A stretch of 38,134 nucleotides of DNA from positions 1 through 38,134 of the forward strand of contig NW_021835805.1 in the NCBI RefSeq assembly GCF_006345805.1, read 5' to 3'. The notes beneath the pieces were generated by a model that searched no databases, had not been told where the DNA came from, and worked only from the letters and a program-made list of their open reading frames with translations. The position numbers and the translations under genes are program-made. The stretch comes from Octopus sinensis (lineage: Eukaryota). Positions 1 through 10,387 of the stretch are shown here, one piece after another; the first letter of the stretch is position 1; each line of letters begins with the position of its first letter.

Positions 1-30
1 TTCAGAATATTTTCCTATTCCCCTCCACAG

Positions 31-40
31 GCCTGGAAAG
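31..40 (+). other. Candidate 10-nt microexon (GCCTGGAAAG)
   Basis: Pyrimidine tract tattttcctattcccctcca plus CAG (28-30) precedes it, and AG|GTATGG follows it. Splice-signal pattern only; no transcript evidence. Confidence 0.25.
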
Positions 41-334
41 GTATGGACTGGGGATTTTAAACTCGACAGATCTGATAAATCGCATTAATAATAGAAATAG
101 GCAATTTATAACTTCTCTGAATACATTTTCTCGAAATACGAGGTTTTTCATTTTTTTTTTTAATCAAATTCAGAAATGGCGTCATTGAATTGCTTTCTAC
201 GACATTGTGCTTTACAAAATCTGGAGGCTAAATTAACAGTGAAAAAAAAAATGTTATTAATTTTACGAATAGAAGCATTTTCAGCAATAAAATAGATTAA
301 ATTTATGCTCGTGTTGTCATCAAAAGTATACACA

Positions 335-422
335 GAGATACACTACACATACACAGACACTGACAGACACACACACGCACACACACACATACAAACTCTC
401 TCTCTTACACACACATACAAAA

Positions 423-470
<48 letters not shown>

Positions 471-723
471 CACACATACCACACACACACACACACATAT
501 ATACATACAGACTTATATGCATATATACAGACTCGAATTTCACACGCTTATATAATTACAGTCACACACACGAACTCACTCAGACATTCAGAAATATATA
601 TATGTACACAGACATTAACACAAACACAGAAACATACACAAGTGCACACTCACACACGCGTATATAGAAACAAATAAAATATGTAATTAAGGACATACAC
701 ACATACACATACCTGTGTGTGTA

Positions 724-796
<73 letters not shown>

Positions 797-1020
797 CATG
801 TAATATATATATATGCATATATACCATATACACACATGTATGCATATATGTATATATATATACGTACATATATATCTATATCTATCTATCTATATATATA
901 TATATTCGTATTTATATATATATACGCATATATATATATGTATATATATATGCATATATGTGTATATAATATATATGACACACACACACACACACACACA
1001 CATTCACACACATATATCAG
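335..1020. repeat. Compound (CA)n/(CT)n/(TA)n microsatellite block
   Basis: Directly visible dinucleotide runs. They account for the His/Thr and Ile/Tyr ORFs. Confidence 0.95.
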
Positions 1021-1432
1021 AGCGACTGTCAGTTGCGTCAGCGTATGTATATATCTTAATTAAAATTGGTAACTGCATTTTTGACTAATTCATATATATA
1101 TGTATGTATATGTGTCTGTGTGTGTGCTCGTTTGTGTGTGTGTGGAAGGTGATGGTCGTGTCTGCGCATGTGTGTGTGAGAGTTTACATGTCTGTATACA
1201 TAGAGAATTAAAGGTGAAAAAACAAATGAAGAGTGTGAAAATAAACCTTCACTAAACTTTTGATAACCGCAATGTCTGTATATTTTCGATTAATATACAT
1301 GTAGACATAAATGTCTACATGATCATATACATGCATACTATCATACATGCATGTGTGTGTGTGTGTGTGTACGCATGCAGACTCGCGTAGATACACTCAC
1401 ACATACATTTGTATATGAGTATATATACATGT

Positions 1433-1738
1433 GGAGGCGAAATGGCCCAATGGTTAGGGCAGCGGAGTCGCGGTCGTAAGATCCTGGTTTCGATTCCCAG
1501 ACCGGGCGTTGTGAGTGTTTATTGAGCGAAAACACCTAAAATCTCCACGAGACTCCAGCGGGTGGGTGGTGGGGGGGCGATCCCTGCTGTATCCTTTCGC
1601 CACAACATTCCCTCGCTCTTTCTTCTGTTGGCCTGCCCGCTTAGCCAGCGGGGTGGCGTCATTCGAAGGCTAAAACAATGCGAAGTGCATAGTGACCAGC
1701 GATGTGTAGCAACATCTGATAGCCTGGTCGGTCACGTG

Positions 1739-1748
<10 letters not shown>
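1433..1748 (+). mobile_element. tRNA-derived SINE, group A (A head + A tail)
   Basis: A-box TGGCCCAATGG and B-box GTTTCGATTCC. The 5' half matches the reverse copy at 19661-19862. Probable TSD atatatacatgt at 1421-1432 and 1786-1797, with (TA)n expansion between tail and TSD. Confidence 0.85.
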
Positions 1749-1783
<35 letters not shown>

Positions 1784-2143
1784 ATATATATACATGTACA
1801 ATAACACATCATCGCACAGGCACATACATGCGTACAAATAAACGTATATACCAGAATGTATATATGTATGTATGTGTATACGCTGTGTGCGTGTGTTTGT
1901 GTGTGTATTTGCATGTAAGTATGTATGTAAGCTATTGATCTAAATGTATCGAGATATACTCGTTTAGGAATATCTTACAGAAGTCTGTGAACAATTTGTG
2001 GATTATTATCTCCGTGGAGACATGATGATATTCATAACACTTGCATAATCGCGTGGCGGTAAGCATAATATATACGAATATATGCAGGGATCTGTGTAGA
2101 TACATGTACGTATTCATACTTGTACTTCTGTGTGTATCAGTGT

Positions 2144-2473
2144 GTGAAGGCGCGTGGCTTAGTGGTTAGGGGCATTCGGTTCATGATCGTAAGGTCGTGA
2201 GTTCAATTCCCGGCGGCGCGTTGTGTCCTTGAGCAATACACTTTATTCCACGTTGCTCCAGTCCACTCAGCTGGCAAAAATGAGTAGCACCTGTATTTCA
2301 AAGGGCCGGCTTTGTCACACTCTGTGTCACGCTGAATTTCCCCGAGAACTACGTTAAGGGTACATACACGTGTTTGTGGATTGCTCAGCCACTTGCACGT
2401 TAATTTCATGAGCAAGCTGTTCGGTTGATCGTATCAGCTGGGACCCTCGTCGTCGCAACCGACGGAGTGCTCT
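2144..2473 (+). mobile_element. tRNA-derived SINE, group B (CORE-like centre; resembles octopus OR-type SINEs)
   Basis: A-box TGGCTTAGTGG and B-box GTTCAATTCC. CORE-like gtgtccttgagcaatacacttt...aaaaatgagta. Second copy at 21965-22282. 13-bp TSD tgtgtat(c/t)agtgt at 2131-2143 and 2474-2486. Confidence 0.9.
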
Positions 2474-2807
2474 TGTGTATTAGTGTATGTGTATATGTTT
2501 TGTGTTTATATGTGTCTGTGTGCGTGTGTCTGTGCGCATGTATAAACATGTAAAAAAATAAGTAGTGAGCAGATATTGTAGAATTTTTATCTTAGTTCCT
2601 CGTAACCAGAATAACTTCATTATCTGCACTCCTGATTTTCGCATATATCGTCTTACAAAGACATTGAATTAATCATTGGAGGGGGCTGGGATAAACTACC
2701 TGCATCAACTTGCTATAAAACAGGTAGTAATTTTACCTTTGTTTTATTCTTAGTGCAAGTTCTGAAGAGTGCAGTTCGATTTTAACAGATATTTTTTCAA
2801 AGCTGTA

Positions 2808-3014
2808 ATGGAGCATATTCGGCATATTTTGCTCTATGAGTTCAACAAAGGCAACAACGCAACAGAAAGTGCGAGGAATATTAATGCAGCATATAGGGAT
2901 CGGACAATACGCGTAAGCCTATGTCAACAGTTGTTCCAGAAATTTCAAGCCGAAAACTACAGCCTAGAAAACGAATCCCGTCCTGGAAGATCTGTAGAAC
3001 TCTGGGAAAAATAA
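2808..3014 (+). mobile_element. Mariner (Tc1/mariner) transposase N-terminal HTH fragment, truncated
   Basis: MEHIRHILLYEFNKGNNATESARNINAAY...CQQLFQKFQAENYSLENESRPGRSVEL matches the mariner HTH pattern (HILLFEF.KG..A.E.ARNIN.VYG...WF.KF..G.FSLED..RSGRP). It stops before the catalytic domain. Confidence 0.88.
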
Positions 3015-4191
3015 GTTGACGACATTGGAGCGGTATGCGTGCTAATTTGTGGACGTACATAAATTACATTCACGTACACACACACACACACACACGCACA
3101 TCCTGCATTTATATATGCAGAATTCTATATTTTTTCCATTTACACTTCATATCTGCATCTATGCTGGAGGCATTCAATCAAGTTTGCACTTGTTTACTCA
3201 TTCGCATATAAGCATATGTGTACGCGCGCATTCGCACATTTCTTGCATATGGTTGCATTCTATGTAAGATGTGCACCTATTTGCCTGTAAATTATGCACC
3301 TATATGTCTTCATGTTCTTCATATTACCACTTTCATCCTTTTTTTACATGCACATATTCACACACATCTACATACATATATTTTCTCGCACGCATTTCTT
3401 TACATGGATGCACGCTTTATGAATAGCTAAAACCTCTTCGAATATAAGTCTTCGATAGAAAGATGCATATTAGATAACATGGAAGATTCATATAAATTAC
3501 ATTAAGATGATAGATTGAGCTAGAGAGCTGATGGATTACAGCATAAATGAAATAACTGATTCAAAAATGGGATAAAATATAAGTTTATGTATTTATATAT
3601 TTTTTTTAAATACATATTTTTTTAATAATTATTAAACGAAAAAATAGCAGAAGAGGCAAAATATATCAATATGATTTTTCAAAATGGATTGAAAATGAAT
3701 AAAATTTTAAAACGTGAAGGTAAAAATAAAGCGCGATAGATTAATATGAATTTCAAATAATCCATGATGAAGTGAATTGAATTCTAATGAGAAGCAAAAA
3801 ATATGGCGTTAAGAGAGCTTTGATCTGACAGTCAAAATAGTACAAAAAATGTAATATGCTGCTTGGGATTTTCAAAAATTGTTTATTATTATAAATATTT
3901 AAATTCTTATATTTTATTGCCTTTTAACATTCATCGACTTTTGTCAATTTATTTTTTATCCATCGCCCATCAAACTCATTTTTTTTTACCGTATGTAACA
4001 TTATTCGCTCATATTTTTGTAATATGCATCTTTCTATTAGTCTTACATTCGAACTTGTTTTTATTATTTATTTTGCGTATTCACATATATGCACATATAT
4101 AAATGTGTATATGTGTATGTGCATGTGCTCTATCAATCTATCTATCTATCGACATAGACATATATATATATACATACATACATACATACAC

Positions 4192-4226
<35 letters not shown>

Positions 4227-5694
4227 AACTGTCGAAACTGTGGTGATATTTGGTCAACAACTGATGATGGATAGAGCATTCTTTCGCGTTTTTTCGTTCT
4301 TCCCGCTAAATTTTTTTCTTGCCCTTTTGTACCATCTTTTTATATGCGTGTATATGTATGTATGTATACATGTATGTATGCATGCATGTGCATATACATA
4401 CATCTGATTTCATTTGCATGAGGGAGAGATTAGTTTGATATGGTGAAGGAATGTGAGCAGGTATAGTTGATAACTTGTCATTCTGCGTTAGAAGAATTAT
4501 GATAATCCATTGATCTCCCCCTCTTATAAACCTCTGCGGGCACTGATGAGAGACTTAGTCAACGCTAGGATGGAGAATCAATGCCTTCGGCAGGTTTGAT
4601 TGTCGCAGCAACGTTGAGAAACGTGTTTCAAGAATGAGTTGGGCTCCATTTGGTTACATTGCTCAAAATTCTTCCGGATAATTCCGTTTAAGATGACAAA
4701 CATCAATTTCTATAGATAAGTTGGTATTACGAAATTACGTTATAAAGACACTTGCGCAAAAGAAAACTTCGCTTTCCTAAACATTCGTTTATCAGGCTCC
4801 TTTTCTTTGGTGACACCAACGAAAACTATTATGTTAGGATCACAGTTTCAAAGTCGTGACTTCAATTCTTGACCGGCTGATGCGATAGTCCTTTATTAAG
4901 GCACTTCGTTTCTCGTTGCTCCAGGCAAATCAATAAATGAATACCAGCTGTGTACTGCCACAGCATACTATCTCCCTTCAGCATTCGCCTCCTTGACATT
5001 CCGCTGCTTGGGTCAAAGCCTATTTCTGCAGTAAACTACATATGAACCTAATACATTTAGCTGAAAGAGTGATACAAACAACAACATCAGATTATCTTGC
5101 GAGTGACGGCTTAGCTCAGCACTTTGTACCCCGATTCCTGAAATCTATTTGTGCCTTCCTGAAATTTATTTGTGCCCTCAGACATAAGATAAAAATCCTT
5201 TACCTCGAATCTTTCAAAATCGTTTCCTGTCTCCACATCGTTAAGAAGATGCTAGCAAGTATTGCCAAGCCTAATAGTCTTCAGTGATAGCTGATTCATT
5301 ATGTCTTCGACTTTCGAAACCTGCTGACTGGCTCACCTACTCTCCACCATTAACTTTAATCTTCACATGTGGTCTGTATTCTTGCAACACTAAACCATTA
5401 CACATTCCTTAATAAATTCACAACTAAGTGTAGAGGATTCTTTCTTAAAAGCTTGGGTATTCCGGGTTGCTATCAATATTAGAACCTCCTTCACACTTAA
5501 TTCATTTAAACTTTTCTTCAACGAAATTCTTTGATCTCCAAAGCTGGTTGGCTGGCTGGCTGGCTGGTTGGCTGGTTGGTTGGTCAGCCAGGCGGTCAGT
5601 TTGGTTAATTGCTTGGAGCACCGATGCTTGCTTCACTGGTAATTTTTATTACCCACTCTCTCTCCGTCCCTCCCTCACTCGGTCGCTTTCTCTC

Positions 5695-5746
<52 letters not shown>

Positions 5747-5869
5747 CCTGGAATGTGAAGATGATGTGGTGATACAGTTTGCGGTATCTACTCAACCACG
5801 TCCACTTTATCGTAGACGGACAGTTTGGTCTCCGAACAAAAGGCTCTGGCATTAGTACACCACATGAGG

Positions 5870-6158
5870 ATGACAAGAATGACGATGAAGATGAAGATGA
5901 TGATGATGATGTTGATGATGATGATGATAATGATGACGACGATGAGGATAGCGATGATCATGATGATAATGATAAGGTAGAGGAGGAAGAAGGAGGAGGA
6001 GAAGCGTCTGTGTGGGTAGCTGCGTGTTTATATGTACATGGCTGCTTATATAACTGTATGCATGTGTGTGTCTATGTATAAATATATATATTATATATAT
6101 AATATATAATATATATATAATATATATATATATAATGTATGTATATATATGTATATAT

Positions 6159-6190
<32 letters not shown>

Positions 6191-6334
6191 AGAGAGAGAG
6201 AACGATACATATATGTATATATATATATACATATATATACATACCTATATATAATATATACATGTGTGTGTGTGTGTCTGTACATATATATGGATATATA
6301 CATACCTATACATACACACACACATATAAATAAC

Positions 6335-6369
<35 letters not shown>

Positions 6370-6590
6370 TGTATGTATGTATGTATGTATGTATATATGT
6401 GTATATATGTATGCATATACATCTATGTATGTAAGTATGCATATATTCATGTATATATAAATATATGTATGTGTCTGTATGCATATGCACATATATGTAT
6501 ACATGTGAGTATATATATAATATATGTGTGTGTGCGTGTGTGTGTGTGTGTGTGCATGTGTGTGTGTGAGTGTGTGTATGTGTGTGTGTG
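5870..6590. repeat. (GAT)n then (TA)n/(TATG)n/(TG)n compound microsatellites
   Basis: Directly visible. Confidence 0.95.
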
Positions 6591-6984
6591 TAATCCATTA
6601 ACACAGAAGTAGATAGGAGATTAGATCAGCAAATCTTAGTTTATTTTATCTAATTTTTTTTTACTTTTATTTCTTTGCTTCGTTGTTTTAGTTTCCTTAT
6701 CATCCTTTTCGTCCAAATATCTATGTATCGATTATGTATTCACACCAGATCGATTGCTGATGGTAAATCTATTTACGGTTCCTCGCTGTAGCTGTTGCTG
6801 CTGCTGCTGCAGCTCTTGTTGCTTTTACCGTTGCTACTGTTGTTCTAGTTGTTCTATTCGGTTGTGATAGTGGTGGTCGATGTGGTGGTCGTGGTGGAGT
6901 TGTCCCCGTCATCGTCACCGTCACCCTAGCCTGAGTTTTATAGTGTTCGTCGTCGTCGTCGTCATCGGCGTAGTGGAAATAATA

Positions 6985-7135
6985 GTGATGCTAGTATTGG
7001 TGGTAGTGATGGTGGTGGTGGTGGTGGTGGTGGTGGTGGTGGTGGTGGTGGTGGTGGTGGTGGTGGTGGTGGTGGTGGTGGTGGTGGTGGTGATGGTGAT
7101 GGTGATGCTGGTGGTGGTGGTGGTGGTGGTGGTAT
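6985..7135. repeat. (GGT)n microsatellite
   Basis: Directly visible; source of the poly-V and poly-T ORFs. Confidence 0.95.
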
Positions 7136-7175
7136 TTATCGTCGTCATGTAAGTTTCATAGTTGTAATCATGCAA

Positions 7176-7318
7176 CTCTTTTACTCTTTTACTTGTTTCA
7201 GTCATTTGACTGCGGCCATGCTGGAGCACTGCCATTAGTCGAGCAAATCGACCCCCAGGACTTATTCTTTGTAAACCTAGTACTTACTTATTCTATCGGT
7301 CTCTTTTGCCGAACCGCT
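7176..7318 (-). mobile_element. SINE group O, 3' tail fragment
   Basis: Aligns with 36744-36870 (acttgtttcagtcatttgactgcggccatgctggagcac...gaaccgct). Confidence 0.85.
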
Positions 7319-7499
7319 TTTGTGTGACGCTCCACCGTCTGTAACAGAGTATGAGCAACCGATAAGAGGGGCGATATGAACAGTATAGAAAAAATAAGAT
7401 GATGAGAATGTGAACTTTTTGATACAGATCTATATTTAAGAGATGAGGAATTATGTACATTATTTACATTATTAGTCTTCATCTTGTTTGTTGTTAGTT

Positions 7500-7547
7500 A
7501 ACACAACGTTTCGGGGTTGATATAATTTCCAGCCTTCATCAGGTGTC
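7500..7547 (-). ncRNA. Minimal type I hammerhead ribozyme motif (Penelope-type), stem II partly decayed
   Basis: Minus strand reads GACAC CTGATGA A GGCTGGAAATTATATCAACCCC GAAAC GTT GTGTT. Stem I is GACAC/GTGTT, stem III is the palindrome AACGTT, and the putative cleavage triplet is GUU. Confidence 0.65.
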
Positions 7548-7694
7548 TTGGTGAAATTTCGAACCTGGATTCTCATTCCTAAGGTATTTTTCGATGTTAT
7601 TGTTGTTTTTATTATTATTATTATCATTATTATTATTATTATTATCATTATTATTATTATCATTATTATTATTATTACTATTATTATTATTATT

Positions 7695-7769
7695 CAGTTC
7701 ATTGCTTGGAATCGAACTCGGAATCTTGGGGCTAGTAGCCCGCGCTCTTAAACACTACGCCATATGCCC
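7695..7769 (-). mobile_element. tRNA-like Pol III head of the palindromic element (not a functional tRNA)
   Basis: Minus strand GGGCATA TGGCGTAGTGTT...GAGTTCGATTCC: A and B boxes and an anticodon-like stem-loop, but no acceptor-stem 3' half. Confidence 0.7.
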
Positions 7770-7795
7770 GTGGGCACATGGCGTAGTAGTTAATG

Positions 7796-7859
<64 letters not shown>

Positions 7860-7877
7860 TGATAATAATTAATAATA

Positions 7878-8002
7878 CTGGACACTGCACACATCCTACG
7901 CAAAACACTTTCAATACAGTAACCATAAGAGCATCACAGCAAACCCCAGCACATACCCAAGACACACAGAGATGTGCTCGGTAGTGAAGTAAAAGCACGC
8001 TG
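7878..8002 (+). mobile_element. 3' terminal fragment of an R4/Dong-like (RLE-class) non-LTR retrotransposon
   Basis: 7878-7922 translates LDTAHILRKTLSIQ*, resembling the LLGTAHILRK.L C-terminus of R4/Dong ORFs. It starts directly after a (TAA)n tract, the known Dong target. Confidence 0.65.
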
Positions 8003-8196
8003 AAGAAGAAGAGAAGAAGAAGAAGAAGAAGAAGAAGAAGAAGAAGAAGAAGAAGAAGAAGAAGAAGAAGAAGAAGAAAAGAAGAAGAATAAAGAAGAAG
8101 AAGAAGAAGAAGAAGAGAAGAAGAAGAAGAAGAAGAAGAAGAAGAAGAAGAAGAAGAAGAAGAAGAAGAAGAAGAAGAAGAAGAAGAAGAAGAAGA
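8002..8196. repeat. (GAA)n microsatellite
   Basis: Directly visible. Confidence 0.95.
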
Positions 8197-8273
8197 ACAA
8201 CAACAACAACAACAACATCATCATCATCGAAAAATACGTTAGGAATGAGGACCCAGGTTCGAAATTTCCCCAA

Positions 8274-8319
8274 GATACCTGACGAAGTTTGGAGAGTATA
8301 TCAGCCGAAATGTTGTGTT
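8274..8319 (+). ncRNA. Minimal hammerhead ribozyme motif, degenerate (right arm)
   Basis: GATAC CTGACGA A GTTTGGAGAGTATATCAGCC GAAAT GTT GTGTT. Same family as 7500-7547, with substitutions in stems I-III. Confidence 0.5.
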
Positions 8320-8619
8320 AACAACAAACAATATGAGGACAAATATCCGTCAAATGTAAATAATGTAATAATGTGAACTTTTTGTTTAAAAAAATGGGGA
8401 AGACTGTAAAAATCATGTATAAATGTAACCATTCCACTTCGGGGGGTAGGGTGGGCATTGCGCTTCATTCTTTCATAATTTCATTCGTTTCTTTGATTTT
8501 TTCTTCTTTACTCAATTTCACTTTTGTAATTTTTAGTTCCCCGAGTTTGTTTTGCATTGTCTTTTGTATTGTAAAGCATCTCTATGCAGCCTGAATGGGT
8601 AATAAAAAAAAAAAGAGAT

Positions 8620-8760
8620 AAATTAAATATCGGTGAAACACTGGTGTCGATCTAATCGACTATACCCCCTTCCCCAAAATTTCAGGCTTTGTGCCTAAAC
8701 TAGAAAGGACTATTATAATTATTATGTTTGGCCTGCTAACGATTCTGCCAGTTCGCCGCC
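8620..8760. mobile_element. SINE group C fragments: tail (+, ~8620-8712) and head (-, 8732-8760)
   Basis: gtcgatctaatcgac...caaaatttcaggctttgtgcctaaactagaaagg and the reverse complement of ggcggcgaactggcagaatcgttagca match other C copies. Confidence 0.7.
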
Positions 8761-8849
8761 TTTTATACCAAGACAAAACAATGTACATGATAACACTTCC
8801 GATCAGCTAAGATTAGAAGCCATGGGAGCCACTGCCTAGTACTACATCA
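8761..8849 (-). mobile_element. (TAA)n-associated element 'E', 5' fragment
   Basis: Near-identical to 9385-9473. Confidence 0.8.
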
Positions 8850-8851
8850 GG

Positions 8852-8898
<47 letters not shown>

Positions 8899-8922
8899 CA
8901 TTATTATTATTATTATTATTAT

Positions 8923-9470
8923 TGAGTGAGAGAGCAGTTCATGCCATCAAAGTGACACTGGGGTAAAATATACGAAGCCCAATATACCCATCATGACTAC
9001 CCGTCTGATAAAGGTACACCAGGCACATGCATCACAACCATATGTGCGCGACATGGTGATCTCATATCAAGATAAACAGCACATGACCTTGCAGGTGGGG
9101 CCCAGTTAGAATTTTCTTCAGGTTGAGTAGCCCATCCCGCTCAAACGGTCCCTGAATAAGGGTTGCTTAAGGATGTTGAAAGAACCACCCATGTTTCCAG
9201 AGGTGAACTATTCAAATCCCAAAGAATCCCTCTCACACACATGGCTATGATGCTCCCCCACTACTTCTGCTCGTGATCAGAGATGCACATATCGTCAGCC
9301 ACTAGGGACATGCTCAACTGGTTAAGGTCAAACAACTGACAAGCAAATCTGTGGTATTGAGCAGAATATTTGCTGTAGCCCATCTTTTATACCAAGACAA
9401 AACAATGTACATGATAACACTTCCAATCAGTTAAGATCAGAAGCCATGAGAGCCACTGCCTGGTACTGCA

Positions 9471-9473
<3 letters not shown>
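8923..9473 (-). mobile_element. (TAA)n-associated non-autonomous retroelement 'E', longest copy (~550 bp)
   Basis: Bounded on both sides by (ATT)n, with a (AAT)n tail on the minus strand and no ORF. Both ends recur at 8761-8849 and 9578-9695. Confidence 0.75.
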
Positions 9474-9520
<47 letters not shown>

Positions 9521-9521
9521 A

Positions 9522-9552
<31 letters not shown>

Positions 9553-9577
9553 TTATTATTATTATTATTATTATTAT

Positions 9578-9693
9578 TGAGTGAGAGAGCAGTGCATGCC
9601 ATCAAAGTGACACTGGGGTAAAATATACAAAGCCCAATATACCCATCATGACTACCCGTCTGATAAAGGTACACCAGGCACATGCATCACAAC

Positions 9694-9695
<2 letters not shown>
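9578..9695 (-). mobile_element. Element 'E', 5'-truncated copy (3' end only)
   Basis: Near-identical to 8923-9040 and flanked by (ATT)n on both sides. Confidence 0.8.
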
Positions 9696-9750
<55 letters not shown>

Positions 9751-9765
9751 GTTTGTCACTGATAT

Positions 9766-9990
9766 AAGGCAACGAACTGGTAGAACGGTTAGCAGCGCTG
9801 GACAAAATGCTTTGTAGCATTTCGACCGTCTGTACCTCCTGAGATCAAATTACTCTGAGGTCGACTTTGCCTGTCAACCTTGACAAAATCAATGAAATAG
9901 TTTCCAGTTGAACACTTGGATCGATGTAATCGACTAACGCACTCCCTGCAAAAAATTTCAGGCCTTATACCTATAGCAGAAAGGATGATG
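9766..9990 (+). mobile_element. SINE group C (tail type 2), diverged
   Basis: Head aaggcaacgaactggtagaacggttagca, gaggtcgactttgcc, gtcgatgtaatcgac-like hairpin, tail aaatttcaggcctt...agaaaggat. Confidence 0.8.
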
Positions 9991-10003
9991 TTTGTCGCTG
10001 ATA

Positions 10004-10196
10004 GAGCGGTGAGCTGGCACCCTAGTCAAAACGTTCAGTGACATTTCGTACACCTTTACGTTCTGAGTTCAAACTCCGCCGCGGTCAACTTTGTCGTTCA
10101 TCGTTCCGGGTTCAATGAAATAAGTATCAGCCGAACACCGAGGTCGATGTAATAGACCCCCACAAGATTCCAGGCCCTAGATTAGAAAGGATTATG
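10004..10196 (+). mobile_element. SINE group C (tail type 2), diverged, directly downstream of the previous copy
   Basis: gagcggtgagctggca...ttctgagttcaaactccgcc...tagaaaggattat. Confidence 0.75.
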
Positions 10197-10387
10197 CTTG
10201 TTGCTGATTTAGTTGTTGTTGCCATAGTTATAGTTTGCGTGGTTTTTACTGTTGCCCTTTTCGTTTTTTTTTTGTTTATATTCTTGTATCCGTTTGTTGT
10301 TTTGGTGGTGGTTTTTCTTAAGTTTGTTATTCTTCAACCTTTTCTTGTTGGTTTTGGTCACTCCTTGCTGATTTTATAACTGTATTT

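Larger units (their letters stand above)
7456..8373. mobile_element. Palindromic non-autonomous element: head-to-head pair of tRNA-headed units with Penelope-like, hammerhead-containing tails
   Basis: 7456-7595 is the reverse complement of ~8226-8373. Central 22-bp inverted repeat at 7748-7769 and 7772-7793 (19/22 identical). Hammerhead cores in both arms. The right arm is interrupted by (AAT)n, an R4/Dong piece and (GAA)n. Confidence 0.7.

Noticed and set aside
1433-1510. tRNA genes at the SINE heads (also 2146, 7695, 12556, 21965, 32915)
   Set aside because: A and B boxes are present, but there is no complete acceptor stem, and each continues into a SINE body with a TSD or multiple copies.
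4543-4570. Hammerhead-like CTGATGAG-AGAC-TTA-GTC-AACG
   Set aside because: The GAAA half of the core is missing two bases, and no stem I or NUH site can be formed. At best a dead relic.
9250-9315. CTGACGA...GAAG inside a stem on the minus strand of element E
   Set aside because: No GAAA and no NUH site with a pairing stem I. I also could not build an HDV-like fold by eye.
9430-9473. Box C/D snoRNA-like start of element E (TGATG...CTGA on the minus strand)
   Set aside because: Box C is imperfect, there is no terminal stem and no recognisable rRNA antisense element.
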